Shown here: positions 10,593 through 21,195 of the stretch, piece by piece | How the letters are laid out: every line of letters starts with the position of its first letter | Position numbering within the stretch: position 1 is the first letter of the stretch | DNA from: an uncultured virus (IMG/VR IMGVR_UViG_2852309159_000005) | Lineage: Duplodnaviria; Heunggongvirae; Uroviricota; Caudoviricetes | DNA: 64,000 nucleotides | Virus record (IMG/VR): IMGVR_UViG_2852309159_000005 | Location: 1 to 64,000 of that record | Strand: one strand, 5' to 3' | Made by a program: the position numbers and the translations under genes | Notes under the pieces: model-generated | Database searches by the model: none | What the model was told of the DNA's origin: nothing | Seen by the model: only the letters and a program-made list of their open reading frames with translations

Positions 10593-11318
10593 TTAAAACA
10601 GTGCTCGGCCTGTTTTTTCGCAAGCGTCTATATATTTAATTGGTTTAACGATGGCTGACACATAGTGCATGGTGTCAACTTGATCTGGTGATAAAGTTAT
10701 AGGCTTGTGTGAGTTGTTTATACTGGAAAACTGATAGTCTCCATCACGAGTTTTGCTGAAAATTTTAATCATGTTGTGACCTTCTACCGTACGCACAAAA
10801 ACCTCATCGCCAGATCTGACTGTTGTATTTGGCTCAACCACAACAAATTCACCTGACTGAATGCGTGGCCACATACTGTCACCTTTAACCTTCAACCCGT
10901 AGGCGTCTTTATCGTCGCTGTATATCTTCAGCCAGCCATTGTGAGCCTCGATCATATCAACGGCACCATCAACACCTAAGAATGCCTCACCGCGCACCTG
11001 AACCATTCCTGAAGGCACTGTGCCTACATATTCGATTTCATCATCTACCGATTGAGCCAGAGACATTATTTGTTTAGATATTGACGGACTTATATCACTA
11101 ACAGCAACCTTCAATATCTTTGCAAATGTAGCAACTGCGTTCGGGTTTAATGGATTAATTCCATTTAAATAATGACTGACAGCACTTTGGTTGACACCTA
11201 GCTTTTCAGCTATGTCTTCTTGATTTATCCCTAGCGTCTTGCGCTTAGAGGAATAGATTGATTTAAGCCTTCTGGCATCTGCCAGTTGCTCTTCTGATAG
11301 CGGTTTCTTTTTGTTCAT
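10593..11318 (-). CDS. cI: CI repressor (HTH plus S24 autopeptidase)
   Basis: KKPLSEEQLADARRLK, lambda CI-like N-domain; GDSMWP. Confidence 0.95.
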   Translation of the reverse strand: MNKKKPLSEEQLADARRLKSIYSSKRKTLGINQEDIAEKLGVNQSAVSHYLNGINPLNPNAVATFAKILKVAVSDISPSISKQIMSLAQSVDDEIEYVGTVPSGMVQVRGEAFLGVDGAVDMIEAHNGWLKIYSDDKDAYGLKVKGDSMWPRIQSGEFVVVEPNTTVRSGDEVFVRTVEGHNMIKIFSKTRDGDYQFSSINNSHKPITLSPDQVDTMHYVSAIVKPIKYIDACEKTGRALF

Positions 11319-11327
11319 CCCTGCATT

Positions 11328-11395
11328 TTATTACTATAAGTTATATTTTAAAAATACCGTTGGTATTGACTTTTTTATTACCGAATATAATAATT
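11328..11395. promoter_or_regulatory. OR operators with pR/pRM
   Basis: AATACCGTTGGTATT and related palindromes; TTGACT at 11366. Confidence 0.65.
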
Positions 11396-11423
11396 AAGCT
11401 GATTCATTTTAAAGGAGAAGAAG

Positions 11424-11609
11424 ATGAACCAACTAGCTTTACGTGAATATGTCAAGGAGCATGGTCAAGATAAGACGGCTAAAGCAATAGGTGTTACTCA
11501 AGGCGCTATCAGTAAAGCGCTAAGAGAAGGGAGAAATATTCTCTTATCACAAACGGAAAATGGCATTAAAGCAATAGAAATAAAGCCATTTCCAAGCACT
11601 AAAAAATAA
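11424..11609 (+). CDS. cro: Cro repressor
   Basis: GQDKTAKAIGVTQGAISKA...EIKPFPS, lambda Cro-like. Confidence 0.93.
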   Translation: MNQLALREYVKEHGQDKTAKAIGVTQGAISKALREGRNILLSQTENGIKAIEIKPFPSTKK

Positions 11610-11618
11610 TCACCATCA

Positions 11619-11662
11619 CGCTCTTTAACATCGCTAACCCGCTCAGAGTAAATTCTCAGAGC
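11619..11662 (+). promoter_or_regulatory. nutR: boxA CGCTCTTTAACA plus boxB GCTC-A-GAG-TAAATT-CTC-A-GAGC
   Basis: Immediately after cro; consensus boxA; paired with nutL. Confidence 0.88.
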
Positions 11663-11745
11663 AAACAATCCGCTCATATGGAATGAGCCACGGATCATTA
11701 CTGCTGTTCCCAATATGGGAAGTAATTTAATAAGGAATTTAACAA

Positions 11746-12084
11746 ATGGAACTATCAAACGAACGCAAATTTCGAGAAATCGAATCAAAAATCATGAAAG
11801 GGATACTTGTTACTGGCGCTAGAGAAGTAGCGAAAAGAACGGGTATTCACGAATCACAAATATCTCGCTGGCAATCTCAACAATCCAAAACGCAATTAAG
11901 CTTCATACAACGTTGTGCAAGGCTTTTAGTTGCTATTGGGTATGAGACACCAGATGACACAGTGATATTGCAAGGTGATGAGGCTAGAGCGTTAATTCAG
12001 ATGCTTGAACATGTCAAAGCACCAAAAAGAAAAACCTCAACCACGGCGAATGGTGAGGCTTCTCAACAAATGGATTTAATTTAA
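11746..12084 (+). CDS. cII: CII activator
   Basis: GAREVAKRTGIHESQISRW HTH; position; OOP-like minus-strand terminator at ~12031-12061. Confidence 0.88.
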   Translation: MELSNERKFREIESKIMKGILVTGAREVAKRTGIHESQISRWQSQQSKTQLSFIQRCARLLVAIGYETPDDTVILQGDEARALIQMLEHVKAPKRKTSTTANGEASQQMDLI

Positions 12085-12253
12085 CAACAACCCAATGAGG
12101 TAATTATGGCAAAGAAACGCCGATTTATCAACCAAAATCAAGAAGAAAGAGTACATCCTGATAGCCCTGATGGGCTATTAGTCGCAGCGGCAAAAAACAG
12201 GAATTTCGGCAAGCGATTTGTCGAAGAGTTTAGAAAGCAACAAGGAGGTCAGC

Positions 12254-13744
12254 ATGTCAGCGGAAATAAAATATCTTGATGATTTTAGACCTGAGCCAAA
12301 GGTCATGGAGAGCAAAGTGGCTGACCTTGATAACGGCTATACCAGAATAGCGAATGAGTTATTAGATGCAATCATGCTTGCTGGATTAACCAAGCACCAA
12401 TTATTAATGGTTATGGCTGTGTGGAGAAAAACATACGGCTTTAATAAAAAAATGGATTGGGTTGGCAATGAACAACTTGAAAGCATGACAAAGATTGATA
12501 GCACCAAATGCTCCACCGCTAAAAATCAATTAGTTCGGATGAAAATCTTTATTCAGGAAGGTCGAAAAATTGGAATGAATAAGAATATTTCTGAGTGGAA
12601 AACTGACATTGACCGAAACAGTAAAGGTTTTACCGAAACGGTAAAGAATAGTTTTACTAAAACGGTAAAAACCACTTTACCGAAACAGTCAAACACAAAA
12701 GACAATAATACAAAAGACAAAAGACAAGATCCCACCATACCTCCCAAGGGAGGAAATCGAGGAGGCTCTCTCCGTGAAGAATTAATTTCAATCCTGGAAG
12801 GAAAATTTGATTTCGATAAGGCAGATAAGCTTCATGATTCTGTTGAGCAAAAATTAGTTGAGTTGGGTTATATCTGCGAAAGAGAATTTAGAGTTAGCGA
12901 CAGAGGGGACGGTAAAGCTGGTCGGGTTGATCTTCTGGTTTCCAATGGTGAAGGCGATTCTTGTGGCATTGAAATCGATAGACTGAATGCTAGAGATAAA
13001 TCCATTGTAAAACTAAAGCAACTTTCTGATGGTTTCGTTTTGGTTAGAGAAGGGATCGTGTCTGAGAGATATGATTTCGATGGGATACCAGTGGTAAGCG
13101 CTCATCCTATGTCATCTTCAAGTGAAGGAATTTCTCGTGAAGAGATAATCAGGGAAGCAAGAGAAGCTCTAGATTTTTATAACAATATTACTGGCTCTCA
13201 ATGCAGAGACTTTAAACCATTCATGACTCTCTTATCTCCAACCCAAAGCAGAGATAGATATCTGCTAAGTGATTTAATCACAGTTATTGAGTGGGTGGTG
13301 TCAACATGGAAGCGACGTAATAACTCAATAGCAAAACCAACCAATATCTGCCGAGTTAATCGCTTCGATGGCTATCTGTCTGATGCGCTCAAGTGGAAAA
13401 ACCGAGACGGTATCAACCCTGTCGATTGCCCTCATGAAGAATTAATTAAAATCTGGAATAAATACGTTCCTGAAAGAGCCATTGATTTTCATGAGTGGAC
13501 ATCACGTAGACCTGCCTACAAAGATTTGGAGGCTGTCTGGAATGGCAAAACCAACAAGGGACAGTGGCGTGAAGTAAAACACATGGACACCTGCTTCAAG
13601 CTGATATCGCAATCAAGTTTATTCACTGGTCTGCAAGACAAGGGGTGGTTAACTCTTGACTGGATCTTAACACCGACAAGATGGTCCCAAACCTACGAGC
13701 AAGCTAAACGAGAATACACCGAACGGAAAAAAGGGATTGTTTAA
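12254..13744 (+). CDS. Replication initiator, lambda O-like N-domain, unusually long
   Basis: VADLDNGYTRIANELL...RKTYGFNKKMDW; internal iterons. Confidence 0.88.
   Translation: MSAEIKYLDDFRPEPKVMESKVADLDNGYTRIANELLDAIMLAGLTKHQLLMVMAVWRKTYGFNKKMDWVGNEQLESMTKIDSTKCSTAKNQLVRMKIFIQEGRKIGMNKNISEWKTDIDRNSKGFTETVKNSFTKTVKTTLPKQSNTKDNNTKDKRQDPTIPPKGGNRGGSLREELISILEGKFDFDKADKLHDSVEQKLVELGYICEREFRVSDRGDGKAGRVDLLVSNGEGDSCGIEIDRLNARDKSIVKLKQLSDGFVLVREGIVSERYDFDGIPVVSAHPMSSSSEGISREEIIREAREALDFYNNITGSQCRDFKPFMTLLSPTQSRDRYLLSDLITVIEWVVSTWKRRNNSIAKPTNICRVNRFDGYLSDALKWKNRDGINPVDCPHEELIKIWNKYVPERAIDFHEWTSRRPAYKDLEAVWNGKTNKGQWREVKHMDTCFKLISQSSLFTGLQDKGWLTLDWILTPTRWSQTYEQAKREYTERKKGIV
12609..12692. repeat. Prophage origin: four 17-bp palindromic iterons, consensus TTTACCGAAACGGTAAA
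   Basis: Copies at 12609, 12629, 12653 and 12676, followed by an A-rich tract inside O. Confidence 0.85.
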
Positions 13745-15120
13745 TGGAAAATAAATTCACGGATTATTACTCAGAGCAGGCTGTCATTGGCGGAATACTG
13801 ATTGCCACATCTGAAACTGAGGAAATTGCTATCTCAGCGATTGAAAGTTTAGTTGCTGACGATTTCACATCATCGGCTCACAAAACCATATTTAAAGCCA
13901 TGCAAAGCCTTGTTAGAAATGGCTCTAAGGTTGATTTGGTTTTACTGAATGGAGAAATTGAACAACAAGGTAATTCAGGTATTACTGGCGGGTTCGGCTA
14001 TCTTGCTGAATGCACTAAAAACACATCAAGCATTCAAATGTTACCCGGTTATGTTCAGAAGATTAAGGACCTAACCACGGCACGAAAAACGCTTGCTGTT
14101 CTTAACGAAGGCATTGCGAAGATTAGCTCATCAAACGTTAGTAATCTTGTTGATGTTGTCGGTGAGGTTCAGTCCACAATCTCATCAATGGACACAGGTA
14201 GTGTTGTTGAAACACAGCACATTATGGACGGTGTCAATGAGTCGATAAATATTCTTGAGTCGATGATCAATGGTGATATCTGGAAATATAAAACTCAGTT
14301 TGGCTTACCTGATATCGATAAAGCATTTGGTGGGTTTAACAATACTGACTTGATTGTTATTGGTGGACGTCCAGGTATGGGTAAAACCATGTTCAGTACA
14401 GCAATCTCAAAAGCGATTGGATTGAAACAAAAGAAACCCGTTGTTTTTTATAGCCTTGAAATGCCGTCATGGCAGATATCAGAACGAATTTCTTTTCATC
14501 ATGCAGGGGTTAACAAGCAAGACTTGCTCGGTGATGATAAATCGAAAATAAACATGGATGAGGCTTGGGCTAAGTTATCTCATGCGCTTGCTGACATTCA
14601 GGAATCACCGATTTATATCAATGACCGACCATCAATGAGTATTCATGAAATACGTGCTGACGCTAGAAAGATGCACAAAAAAACAGGTGGTTTAGGTGTC
14701 ATTATCGTTGACTACTTGCAGAAAATGAAAATGACAAACCCTGAAAATATGAATCAGTCAGTGGGTGAGATTGCAACAGGGTTAAAGAACCTAGCAAAAG
14801 AGCTTAAATGCCCTGTAGTCGCACTTGCTCAGTTAAACCGTAACTTAGAGCAACGAACCAATAAACGCCCCGTCAATGCTGATTTGAGAGAGTCTGGCGT
14901 TATTGAGCAAGAGGCAGACGTTATCTTCATGATTTATCGTGATGAAAAATATAATCCTCAGTCAGAGCTAAAAGGGATCACTGAGGTTATTTGCACGAAA
15001 TCACGACACGCACCCGGTGCAGAAAAAACATATTACTTCACTAACGCTCGTGGTGGTTTAGATCAGGCTGTTTTAAGCAATCTAAGCAACGAATACGCAG
15101 ATGAAGAAATTGAGTGTTAA
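13744..15120 (+). CDS. DnaB-like replicative helicase (P22 gp12 type)
   Basis: GRPGMGKT, SLEM, IVDYLQ, DLRESGVIEQEAD. Confidence 0.95.
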   Translation: MENKFTDYYSEQAVIGGILIATSETEEIAISAIESLVADDFTSSAHKTIFKAMQSLVRNGSKVDLVLLNGEIEQQGNSGITGGFGYLAECTKNTSSIQMLPGYVQKIKDLTTARKTLAVLNEGIAKISSSNVSNLVDVVGEVQSTISSMDTGSVVETQHIMDGVNESINILESMINGDIWKYKTQFGLPDIDKAFGGFNNTDLIVIGGRPGMGKTMFSTAISKAIGLKQKKPVVFYSLEMPSWQISERISFHHAGVNKQDLLGDDKSKINMDEAWAKLSHALADIQESPIYINDRPSMSIHEIRADARKMHKKTGGLGVIIVDYLQKMKMTNPENMNQSVGEIATGLKNLAKELKCPVVALAQLNRNLEQRTNKRPVNADLRESGVIEQEADVIFMIYRDEKYNPQSELKGITEVICTKSRHAPGAEKTYYFTNARGGLDQAVLSNLSNEYADEEIEC

Positions 15121-15139
15121 CACGCAAGAGGATTTTTAG

Positions 15140-15343
15140 ATGAATTTATTAACACATACCGTCACCAAGGTATTAGGTGATCCTGTTCGTCACACTTACA
15201 AATCGGATGATGGAACAGAAAATGAATATTACCTAACGCCAGTCGAGTGTGATTGCTGGGGTAATATTTCTAACACGAAAGTGATGACAAATACTCTTGA
15301 GCAAGCCAAGGCAATTAAAGTCGGCTATGAGTGGGAATCGTGA
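15140..15343 (+). CDS. Hypothetical nin-region protein
   Basis: ORF with RBS. Confidence 0.55.
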   Translation: MNLLTHTVTKVLGDPVRHTYKSDDGTENEYYLTPVECDCWGNISNTKVMTNTLEQAKAIKVGYEWES

Positions 15344-15571
15344 GGATTTTTAGATGGAATATTTACGAGATATTTTAGGCACATTGTTTTTCATGCTAGT
15401 ACCGATTACTGGATTTTTATCTGTTGCATTCCTGATGTATCACGAAAAATCAGGTTGGGGATGGTTACTTTTAGCAGTGGTTGCCATATCAGGAAGTTTA
15501 AAAATTAGTTATGGCGATTAAGCGAGGTGTTGAGTGATGAAAGGAACAACGTTAACAGGTGGAGGCATCTA

Positions 15572-15821
15572 ATGCAGGGAAACTAATTGGGTTAAGTGTA
15601 GTGATTCACTACCTGAACTAGACACGCCAGTGTTCGCTGGATGGTTTTGGAATGGCAAGTTTGTATGGCATGTGTTCATGCGTTCAGATTCAAGTTTTGA
15701 AGGTTGGGTCTGGTCGCGCTCTTACTGCCATTATATCAGCGATAACGATGAGTTTATTGAAGATGACGATTATCCAATAACTCACTGGATGCCACTCCCA
15801 CCAATGCCAGAGGGTGAATGA
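15572..15821 (+). CDS. DUF551-like protein
   Basis: WVKCSDSLP...ITHWMPLPPMPE. Confidence 0.7.
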
Positions 15822-15914
15822 TGGACGAGCGAAAACTAAGACTAGAAGCCGTAGCAATTTGGCAAGAGCTAATTTTACAAGCTAAGCAAAAATATCAATG
15901 GTGGGAGTTGTAGT

Positions 15915-16112
15915 ATGAACGAACTCAAGAAATGCCCGTTTTGCGGGAGTAATAACGTAGAAGCTTTTTGTCAGTATGAAGAAGATTGCCCTGATCGTTC
16001 AGCGATAGTGCGTTGTCATAATTGCGATGCACAATCAGCTCAAATGATTGGGAAAGGTAAAATAGCTATGGCAATCGCAGCATGGAACAGGAGAGCTAAC
16101 AGTGAAAATTAA
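15915..16112 (+). CDS. Lar-family restriction alleviation protein
   Basis: LKKCPFCG...VRCHNCDA...AIAAWNRR. Confidence 0.75.
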   Translation: MNELKKCPFCGSNNVEAFCQYEEDCPDRSAIVRCHNCDAQSAQMIGKGKIAMAIAAWNRRANSEN

Positions 16113-16607
16113 ATGTGTAGGGTGTGGTCATATCCATCTCAAAAGTGAAAGACTGCATCCGCCTGAATTCAAAAACTCAATGTGCCCTAAGTGTTGGTGT
16201 CAGGGTTTCATCATATTGGAGAGCTAACAGTGAGTGATCCAGTAGAAGTCATGGTCTATTACGTTAACTTCAATGCGAATAGCAGATTTTGGATGTTGAA
16301 AATAAATGTAGGTTGGATTGAGGAACACTATAAATTCCCATGCAAACCAACTAAAAGACAAATCCGCAAAAAGAAAAAAAGAATGGATACAAGAAGCTAG
16401 ATACTGGATTGAGGCATATTCAGAAATTCAAGGGGGCTAACAGTGAGTGATAAGAAATGAGCATTTCAGCAATCACAACAATCAGATGTTTTTTCACTGG
16501 TCATAAATTCGAAAAGCAAGAAAACTGCTGCAATGACGGATCATATTTCTTTTGCTCTCGATGTGGCATGACCCTATGGAGATATAACATTAAGTACAGG
16601 AGGAATA

Positions 16608-17052
16608 ATGCAGAAGCAAACATTCCTACTCAGGAATACCCAGATACTAAAAAACCTTAAAGCCGTACTAGATAATTTACCCCTCAACGAAGAATTCCCC
16701 CTAGAAGTAAAAAATCTCAGAATCCAGCCGAACACTACCGCAGAACGATATGTTCCATGCGCTATGTGGTGATGTATCAAAGCAAATGACACTCAACAAT
16801 GAGCCACTGAAATTATGGCAGTGGAAGAATGTCTTTGTGTCTGGCCACTGGATGGTTACTACAGGAGCGAAGGAGTCACCGTTAATTAGGGGAATTGAAG
16901 GTGAGCTATTAAACATACGCGAGAGCACGTCTCAAATGGGGAAGAAGCGCATGAGTAGCTTAATTGAATACTCGACAGCTTGGGCGGTACAAAGTGGCGT
17001 AAAACTGCGTACAACTCGTTATGAATACAACTACTACGGTCACAGGGAGTAA
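16608..17052 (+). CDS. ninB: NinB/Orf recombination protein (frameshifted)
   Basis: RTLPQN...FHALCGDVSKQ...RESTSQMGKKRMSSLIEY. Confidence 0.85.
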
Positions 17053-17282
17053 TGACTATGACAGACAACGTAAACAACCCACCACACTACGCATCAGGTG
17101 ATATCGAGTGCATCGATGCCATTAAAGCCAGTATGACCAAGGAAGCGTTTCTTGGCTATCTCAAAGGCAATATTCAAAAGTATGTCTGGCGATACGAAAA
17201 GAAAATTAATCCAGTCGAAGATTTGAAAAAGGCTCGTTGGTATATGAGTCGACTCGTTGAAGAAGTGGAGACTGAAAAATGA
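17052..17282 (+). CDS. DUF3310 protein
   Basis: DNVNNPPHY...ECID...GNIQKYVWRY...EDLKKARWY. Confidence 0.85.
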   Translation: MTMTDNVNNPPHYASGDIECIDAIKASMTKEAFLGYLKGNIQKYVWRYEKKINPVEDLKKARWYMSRLVEEVETEK

Positions 17283-17397
17283 CGCCAGAAGAAAAGTTAA
17301 AGCAATATGACGAGAAGTTAGAAGAGGCTCAGAAATTGGTTCGATTTATCGAAGAAAGTCGTCGTGAGCATATTAACCGCTACAACTTAAACAGGAA

Positions 17398-17862
17398 ATG
17401 ATTATGACTGACGAACAATACAGAAACTATGCAAATGTAATAGTAGCAGTTCGCGAATTTACATCATTCAACCATAAAACTATCTCATCAGTAGTTGGTT
17501 TGACACCTCACCGCTCAGGGACAGTTATCAGAAAACTGCTTGAATTTAAATGTATCAGGGAGGTTAGTAGCGAAAGAGGGTCTGGTACCAAAATGATCCG
17601 CAATTACTCTGTTAGAGATGATGCAATTACTCGACTGAGAATGCAGTTTGAAAGAGAGCGTCGAGCCAATTTACCAGTTTTCCCTAAGGTTAAAAAGGTC
17701 GAGGAGACAGAACCAAAACAGCCAAAGCAACAAGATGATGACTTTAAGTGCATATTAAAGTTTGTCGACAAGGCTGATGTCTCAGGCATGGGTAATCCAA
17801 TGCTAATGAAAATAGACTCATTACTCAAAGGGGTTCGCAATGAAGTGTCGGTCATGCAATAG
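17398..17862 (+). CDS. Hypothetical protein, possible winged helix
   Basis: ORF in the nin region. Confidence 0.55.
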   Translation: MIMTDEQYRNYANVIVAVREFTSFNHKTISSVVGLTPHRSGTVIRKLLEFKCIREVSSERGSGTKMIRNYSVRDDAITRLRMQFERERRANLPVFPKVKKVEETEPKQPKQQDDDFKCILKFVDKADVSGMGNPMLMKIDSLLKGVRNEVSVMQ

Positions 17863-17954
17863 ACAGCTAACAGATGATGAAATTTATGTGTGTGCTCAAT
17901 GCTCTGATGAATACGCTCATTTGGAAGTGATGGATAAAATCAAAGGAGAGGGAG

Positions 17955-18245
17955 ATGGCGAACTTACGCAAAGAAGCTCGAGGCCGTGAATGCCAAATTA
18001 GAATACCGGGTGTATGTAGCGGTAATTCTGAAACGGTTGTCTTAGCTCATTATCGAATGTCTGGCATTTGCGGTACTGGAATAAAGCCTAATGATATTTT
18101 TGGTGCTTGGGCATGTAGTGCTTGTCATGATGAATCTGATAGACGCACTCACTATGTTGATGCTGAATACGCAAAGCAATGTCATTTAGAAGGTGTTATT
18201 CGCACTCAGGATATTCTCATCAAGGAGGGTAAGATTAAGGTATGA
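17955..18245 (+). CDS. DUF1364/YbcO-like putative nuclease
   Basis: LRKEARGRECQIRIPGVC...TVVLAHYR...ACSACHD. Confidence 0.88.
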   Translation: MANLRKEARGRECQIRIPGVCSGNSETVVLAHYRMSGICGTGIKPNDIFGAWACSACHDESDRRTHYVDAEYAKQCHLEGVIRTQDILIKEGKIKV

Positions 18246-18607
18246 ACGAGTATCACTTAAAATTGCCGTGGCCACCGAGCAATAATACGTACTGGAGGCA
18301 TTGTAGAGGACGGCATTATATCTCACCCAAAGGCACCAACTACCGAAAGCAAGTAACAGATTACATCAAGCAACACAACCTAGACGTAGAAACCACTTCC
18401 CGCATCAAAATAGTCATTACAGCAAATCCCCCAGATAAACGACAAAGAGACCTCGATAACTTGCCAAAGGCAGTTTTCGATTCGTTAACTCATGCCGAAT
18501 TTTGGGTAGATGATAGCCAAATTGATGATATGCGGGTCCGTCGAGGTGAAAAGGTTACTTATGGCTCATTAGATATCACGATATGGGAGGTAGATGATGT
18601 TCAGTGA
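18242..18607 (+). CDS. rusA: RusA Holliday junction resolvase
   Basis: LPWPPSNNTYWRH...RDLDNLPKAVFDSL...DDSQI. Confidence 0.95.
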   Translation: MNEYHLKLPWPPSNNTYWRHCRGRHYISPKGTNYRKQVTDYIKQHNLDVETTSRIKIVITANPPDKRQRDLDNLPKAVFDSLTHAEFWVDDSQIDDMRVRRGEKVTYGSLDITIWEVDDVQ

Positions 18608-18812
18608 TTTAATCGCAGCTATTGAAGAGTGCAGGTTTAGAGCATTAACAGAACGCACAGGGAATAAGACAAAACGTTATCTATCTGTCATTCAGCTTAA
18701 CAATGGCTTTATGAGGATAGTTGAAACAACCCAAGCCAAAAGTTTAGGTTATCGCATCATGTATTCAGTCGGTTGCGATAGATATCACACAGTATTACCG
18801 GAGGTGAGATGA
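18594..18812 (+). CDS. NinH-like/hypothetical protein
   Basis: Coupled ORF before Q. Confidence 0.5.
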   Translation: MMFSDLIAAIEECRFRALTERTGNKTKRYLSVIQLNNGFMRIVETTQAKSLGYRIMYSVGCDRYHTVLPEVR

Positions 18813-19312
18813 GCTATATCGGAGAAAAGGAATTAACAGATGAGCAGTTTCGCTGGCTTGATGGTTGGTTAAATCTGTGGGGGGCGTGGGTATATTCTGG
18901 TCGTATCGATATTCGCATGATCAACATGATTTATAAATTCATGCAAACAGTTGAGCCAAGTAAAAACCCATCAAGACCTATGTGCAATGACGATGAAGGA
19001 ATGTTGATTTCTCAGGTCGTAGATTCAGTCATCGCCACTGACACACAAGCCTATGGAATATTACTAAGTTATTACGCTCATGGTTCATCTAAGCTGTCGA
19101 TTGCATCTTACTATCACCGAGTTGCAAAACCACGCAAAATGCAAACAAGAGGGGGGAATAAATACGCCAAGCCATCTCACAGGACTTGCAGGAGAGAAGT
19201 TGACGAAAAACTTAAAGCTACTCAGTGGTTATTGTACGAACCTCTGCGAAATGCAATGAATAATCGTAAACGTGTAGCTAAAGTAAAGAAAATAGCTGAA
19301 CTTTGCTATTGA
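18809..19312 (+). CDS. Q: Late antiterminator Q
   Basis: WLNLWGAWVYSG...RPMCNDDEGMLISQVVD; position before lysis genes. Confidence 0.9.
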   Translation: MSYIGEKELTDEQFRWLDGWLNLWGAWVYSGRIDIRMINMIYKFMQTVEPSKNPSRPMCNDDEGMLISQVVDSVIATDTQAYGILLSYYAHGSSKLSIASYYHRVAKPRKMQTRGGNKYAKPSHRTCRREVDEKLKATQWLLYEPLRNAMNNRKRVAKVKKIAELCY

Positions 19313-19387
19313 CATTAATGGACAAATGGACAACAATTATAAGGTAAGTTGCTTTACGTGACTCTTAAGTTTGCTTACCTCATTCAA

Positions 19388-19412
19388 GACCTCGCTTCGG
19401 CGGGGTTTTTTG
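19388..19412 (+). terminator. tR'-like terminator after the late promoter (TTGACA at 19309)
   Basis: GACCTCGC-TTCG-GCGGGGTT followed by a T-run. Confidence 0.8.
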
Positions 19413-19836
19413 TTATCTGGAGTTTGTATGTATGACGAATTCGACGGATTCTAAATATCCAACTAGGTCTGACTTAGCTAAAGCCAACCCTTACACTGAG
19501 CGCGATAAATTGTCAGAAGAAGAACGTGAAGAGAGACGTTGGAAGTTTAATGATTCTCTATTTTTCGGTAACGGGTATCTCAAGCTTTAATTCCCCCGAA
19601 TTATAGGGAATAAGTTATTGATATTTATCCAGAGTGCTTATTTGCATTGTGGTAATCCAACTCTCCGGAATTTCCGGATAGTTCACATGTTCGGTTATTC
19701 CGAACAACTCATTCAGAAGATCGCTTAGGCGGTCTTTTTTCGTATATGCCGACCACAGAATCAATCACCCTCGTTATCACGTTCACACAAGAGCTGTGAG
19801 TCGGCACCTTATTAACTAAATAAATTGGTAAATGTT

Positions 19837-20260
19837 ATGTCAAAAGAGATAAGCGAATTACAGTTTAGTCTTCACTATGCCTCAGAAACAGACAGTGAAA
19901 AGAATACCTCCATCATTTTAACGGCGAATATCCATACGGCTGATGGTGAAACTCAACAACTGACACAATTAATTTGCACGACATCTTCCGCAGGTAAAAA
20001 GCAATATCGAATCGGCTTGCAAAAAAATTAGTGATGCTGGTGCTCCATTGCTGGTGGCGATTGAATCCTATTGGCGCAAAAACACACAAGAGAGTTGTGT
20101 TTATTTGTTAGAGAAAGCGAAGCAATTTATTCAAGGACACTTACAACAAACGAATACATGGATATCTATGTATGGTCTTGTGATTGTTTCTAATGCGTCA
20201 CTGGAAGAACAGTTGCCTGAAGGTTTATTAAAGGCACTTAAAGTATCAATCCCCGCCTAA
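19837..20260 (+). CDS. Hypothetical protein between Q and holin (frameshift at the A-run near 20021-20028)
   Basis: Two adjacent ORFs that join across a homopolymer. Confidence 0.55.
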
Positions 20261-20313
20261 TTTTTTTAACACTTTCACACTAATCATCAACGGACACTCC
20301 TCTGGGGGTGACT

Positions 20314-20583
20314 ATGCGTATGGAAAAATTAACCAATGTAACTTATGGAACAGCAGGCCTAACGGCCTTTTTTGCCAGTCTTTCGTTATATGAATGGGGA
20401 TTTGTTATCGGGATGGCGTTCAGCATGGTTCTCGGTTTAGCCACTTACTTTATGACTCGTCGAGAACAACGAAAACGCACTCAATTATTTGAAAAGCTTG
20501 TTCGTCATGTTGACCCACAAAACCCGACCGAAACCTTAAAAAAGCTTGCTGAATTAATGGTGAAAGCGCCAAAGGATATTTAA
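20314..20583 (+). CDS. Holin with dual-start motif Met-Arg-Met
   Basis: Two hydrophobic segments, basic C-terminus, ATG CGT ATG; directly upstream of the lysozyme. Confidence 0.85.
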   Translation: MRMEKLTNVTYGTAGLTAFFASLSLYEWGFVIGMAFSMVLGLATYFMTRREQRKRTQLFEKLVRHVDPQNPTETLKKLAELMVKAPKDI

Positions 20584-21053
20584 TGTCTCTCAAACAGAAA
20601 ATAGCGGTGATAACAACAGCAGGAGCAACAGCCATCGCGTTAGTAGTAATAGCCCATTTTGAAGGTGTACGTTATGAACCTTATCGTGATGTGGCAGGTG
20701 TTCTAACTGTTTGTTATGGACATACAGGCAAAGACATTATTCAAGGCAAGAGATACACACAACAAGAATGTGATGCGTTATTACAAATCGATTTTATTAA
20801 GACACAACAGCAAGTCGATGCATTAATCAAAGTATCACTCGATGACTACACCAAAGCTGCTTTATATTCCTTTGCTTTTAATGTGGGTACAACCGCATTT
20901 GCTCGCTCAACATTACTCAAGAAGCTAAACGCTGGTGATAGAGCGGGTGCCTGTGAAGAAATGAAACGTTGGATATATGCAGGCGGAAAGGTCTGGCGAG
21001 GGCTTGTCAGTCGTCGAGAGGCGGAGTCAGCACTATGTCATGGAAAACTTTAA
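20583..21053 (+). CDS. SAR endolysin (GH24 lysozyme, phage 21 R-like)
   Basis: N-terminal Ala/Gly-rich helix; FEG...YRDVAGVLTVCYGHT; GLVSRREAE. Confidence 0.93.
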   Translation: MSLKQKIAVITTAGATAIALVVIAHFEGVRYEPYRDVAGVLTVCYGHTGKDIIQGKRYTQQECDALLQIDFIKTQQQVDALIKVSLDDYTKAALYSFAFNVGTTAFARSTLLKKLNAGDRAGACEEMKRWIYAGGKVWRGLVSRREAESALCHGKL

Positions 21054-21195
21054 TCATCATTATCGGCTTTATTCTTGCATTACTCATTACAGTCGCTGGT
21101 GGCATTTATCTCTTGATTGATAACTCATGTACTAAAGACCAAGTGAGTTTAGAAAAGCGCTGTCAGATTGCACTCTCATATCATCGGTACTAATC

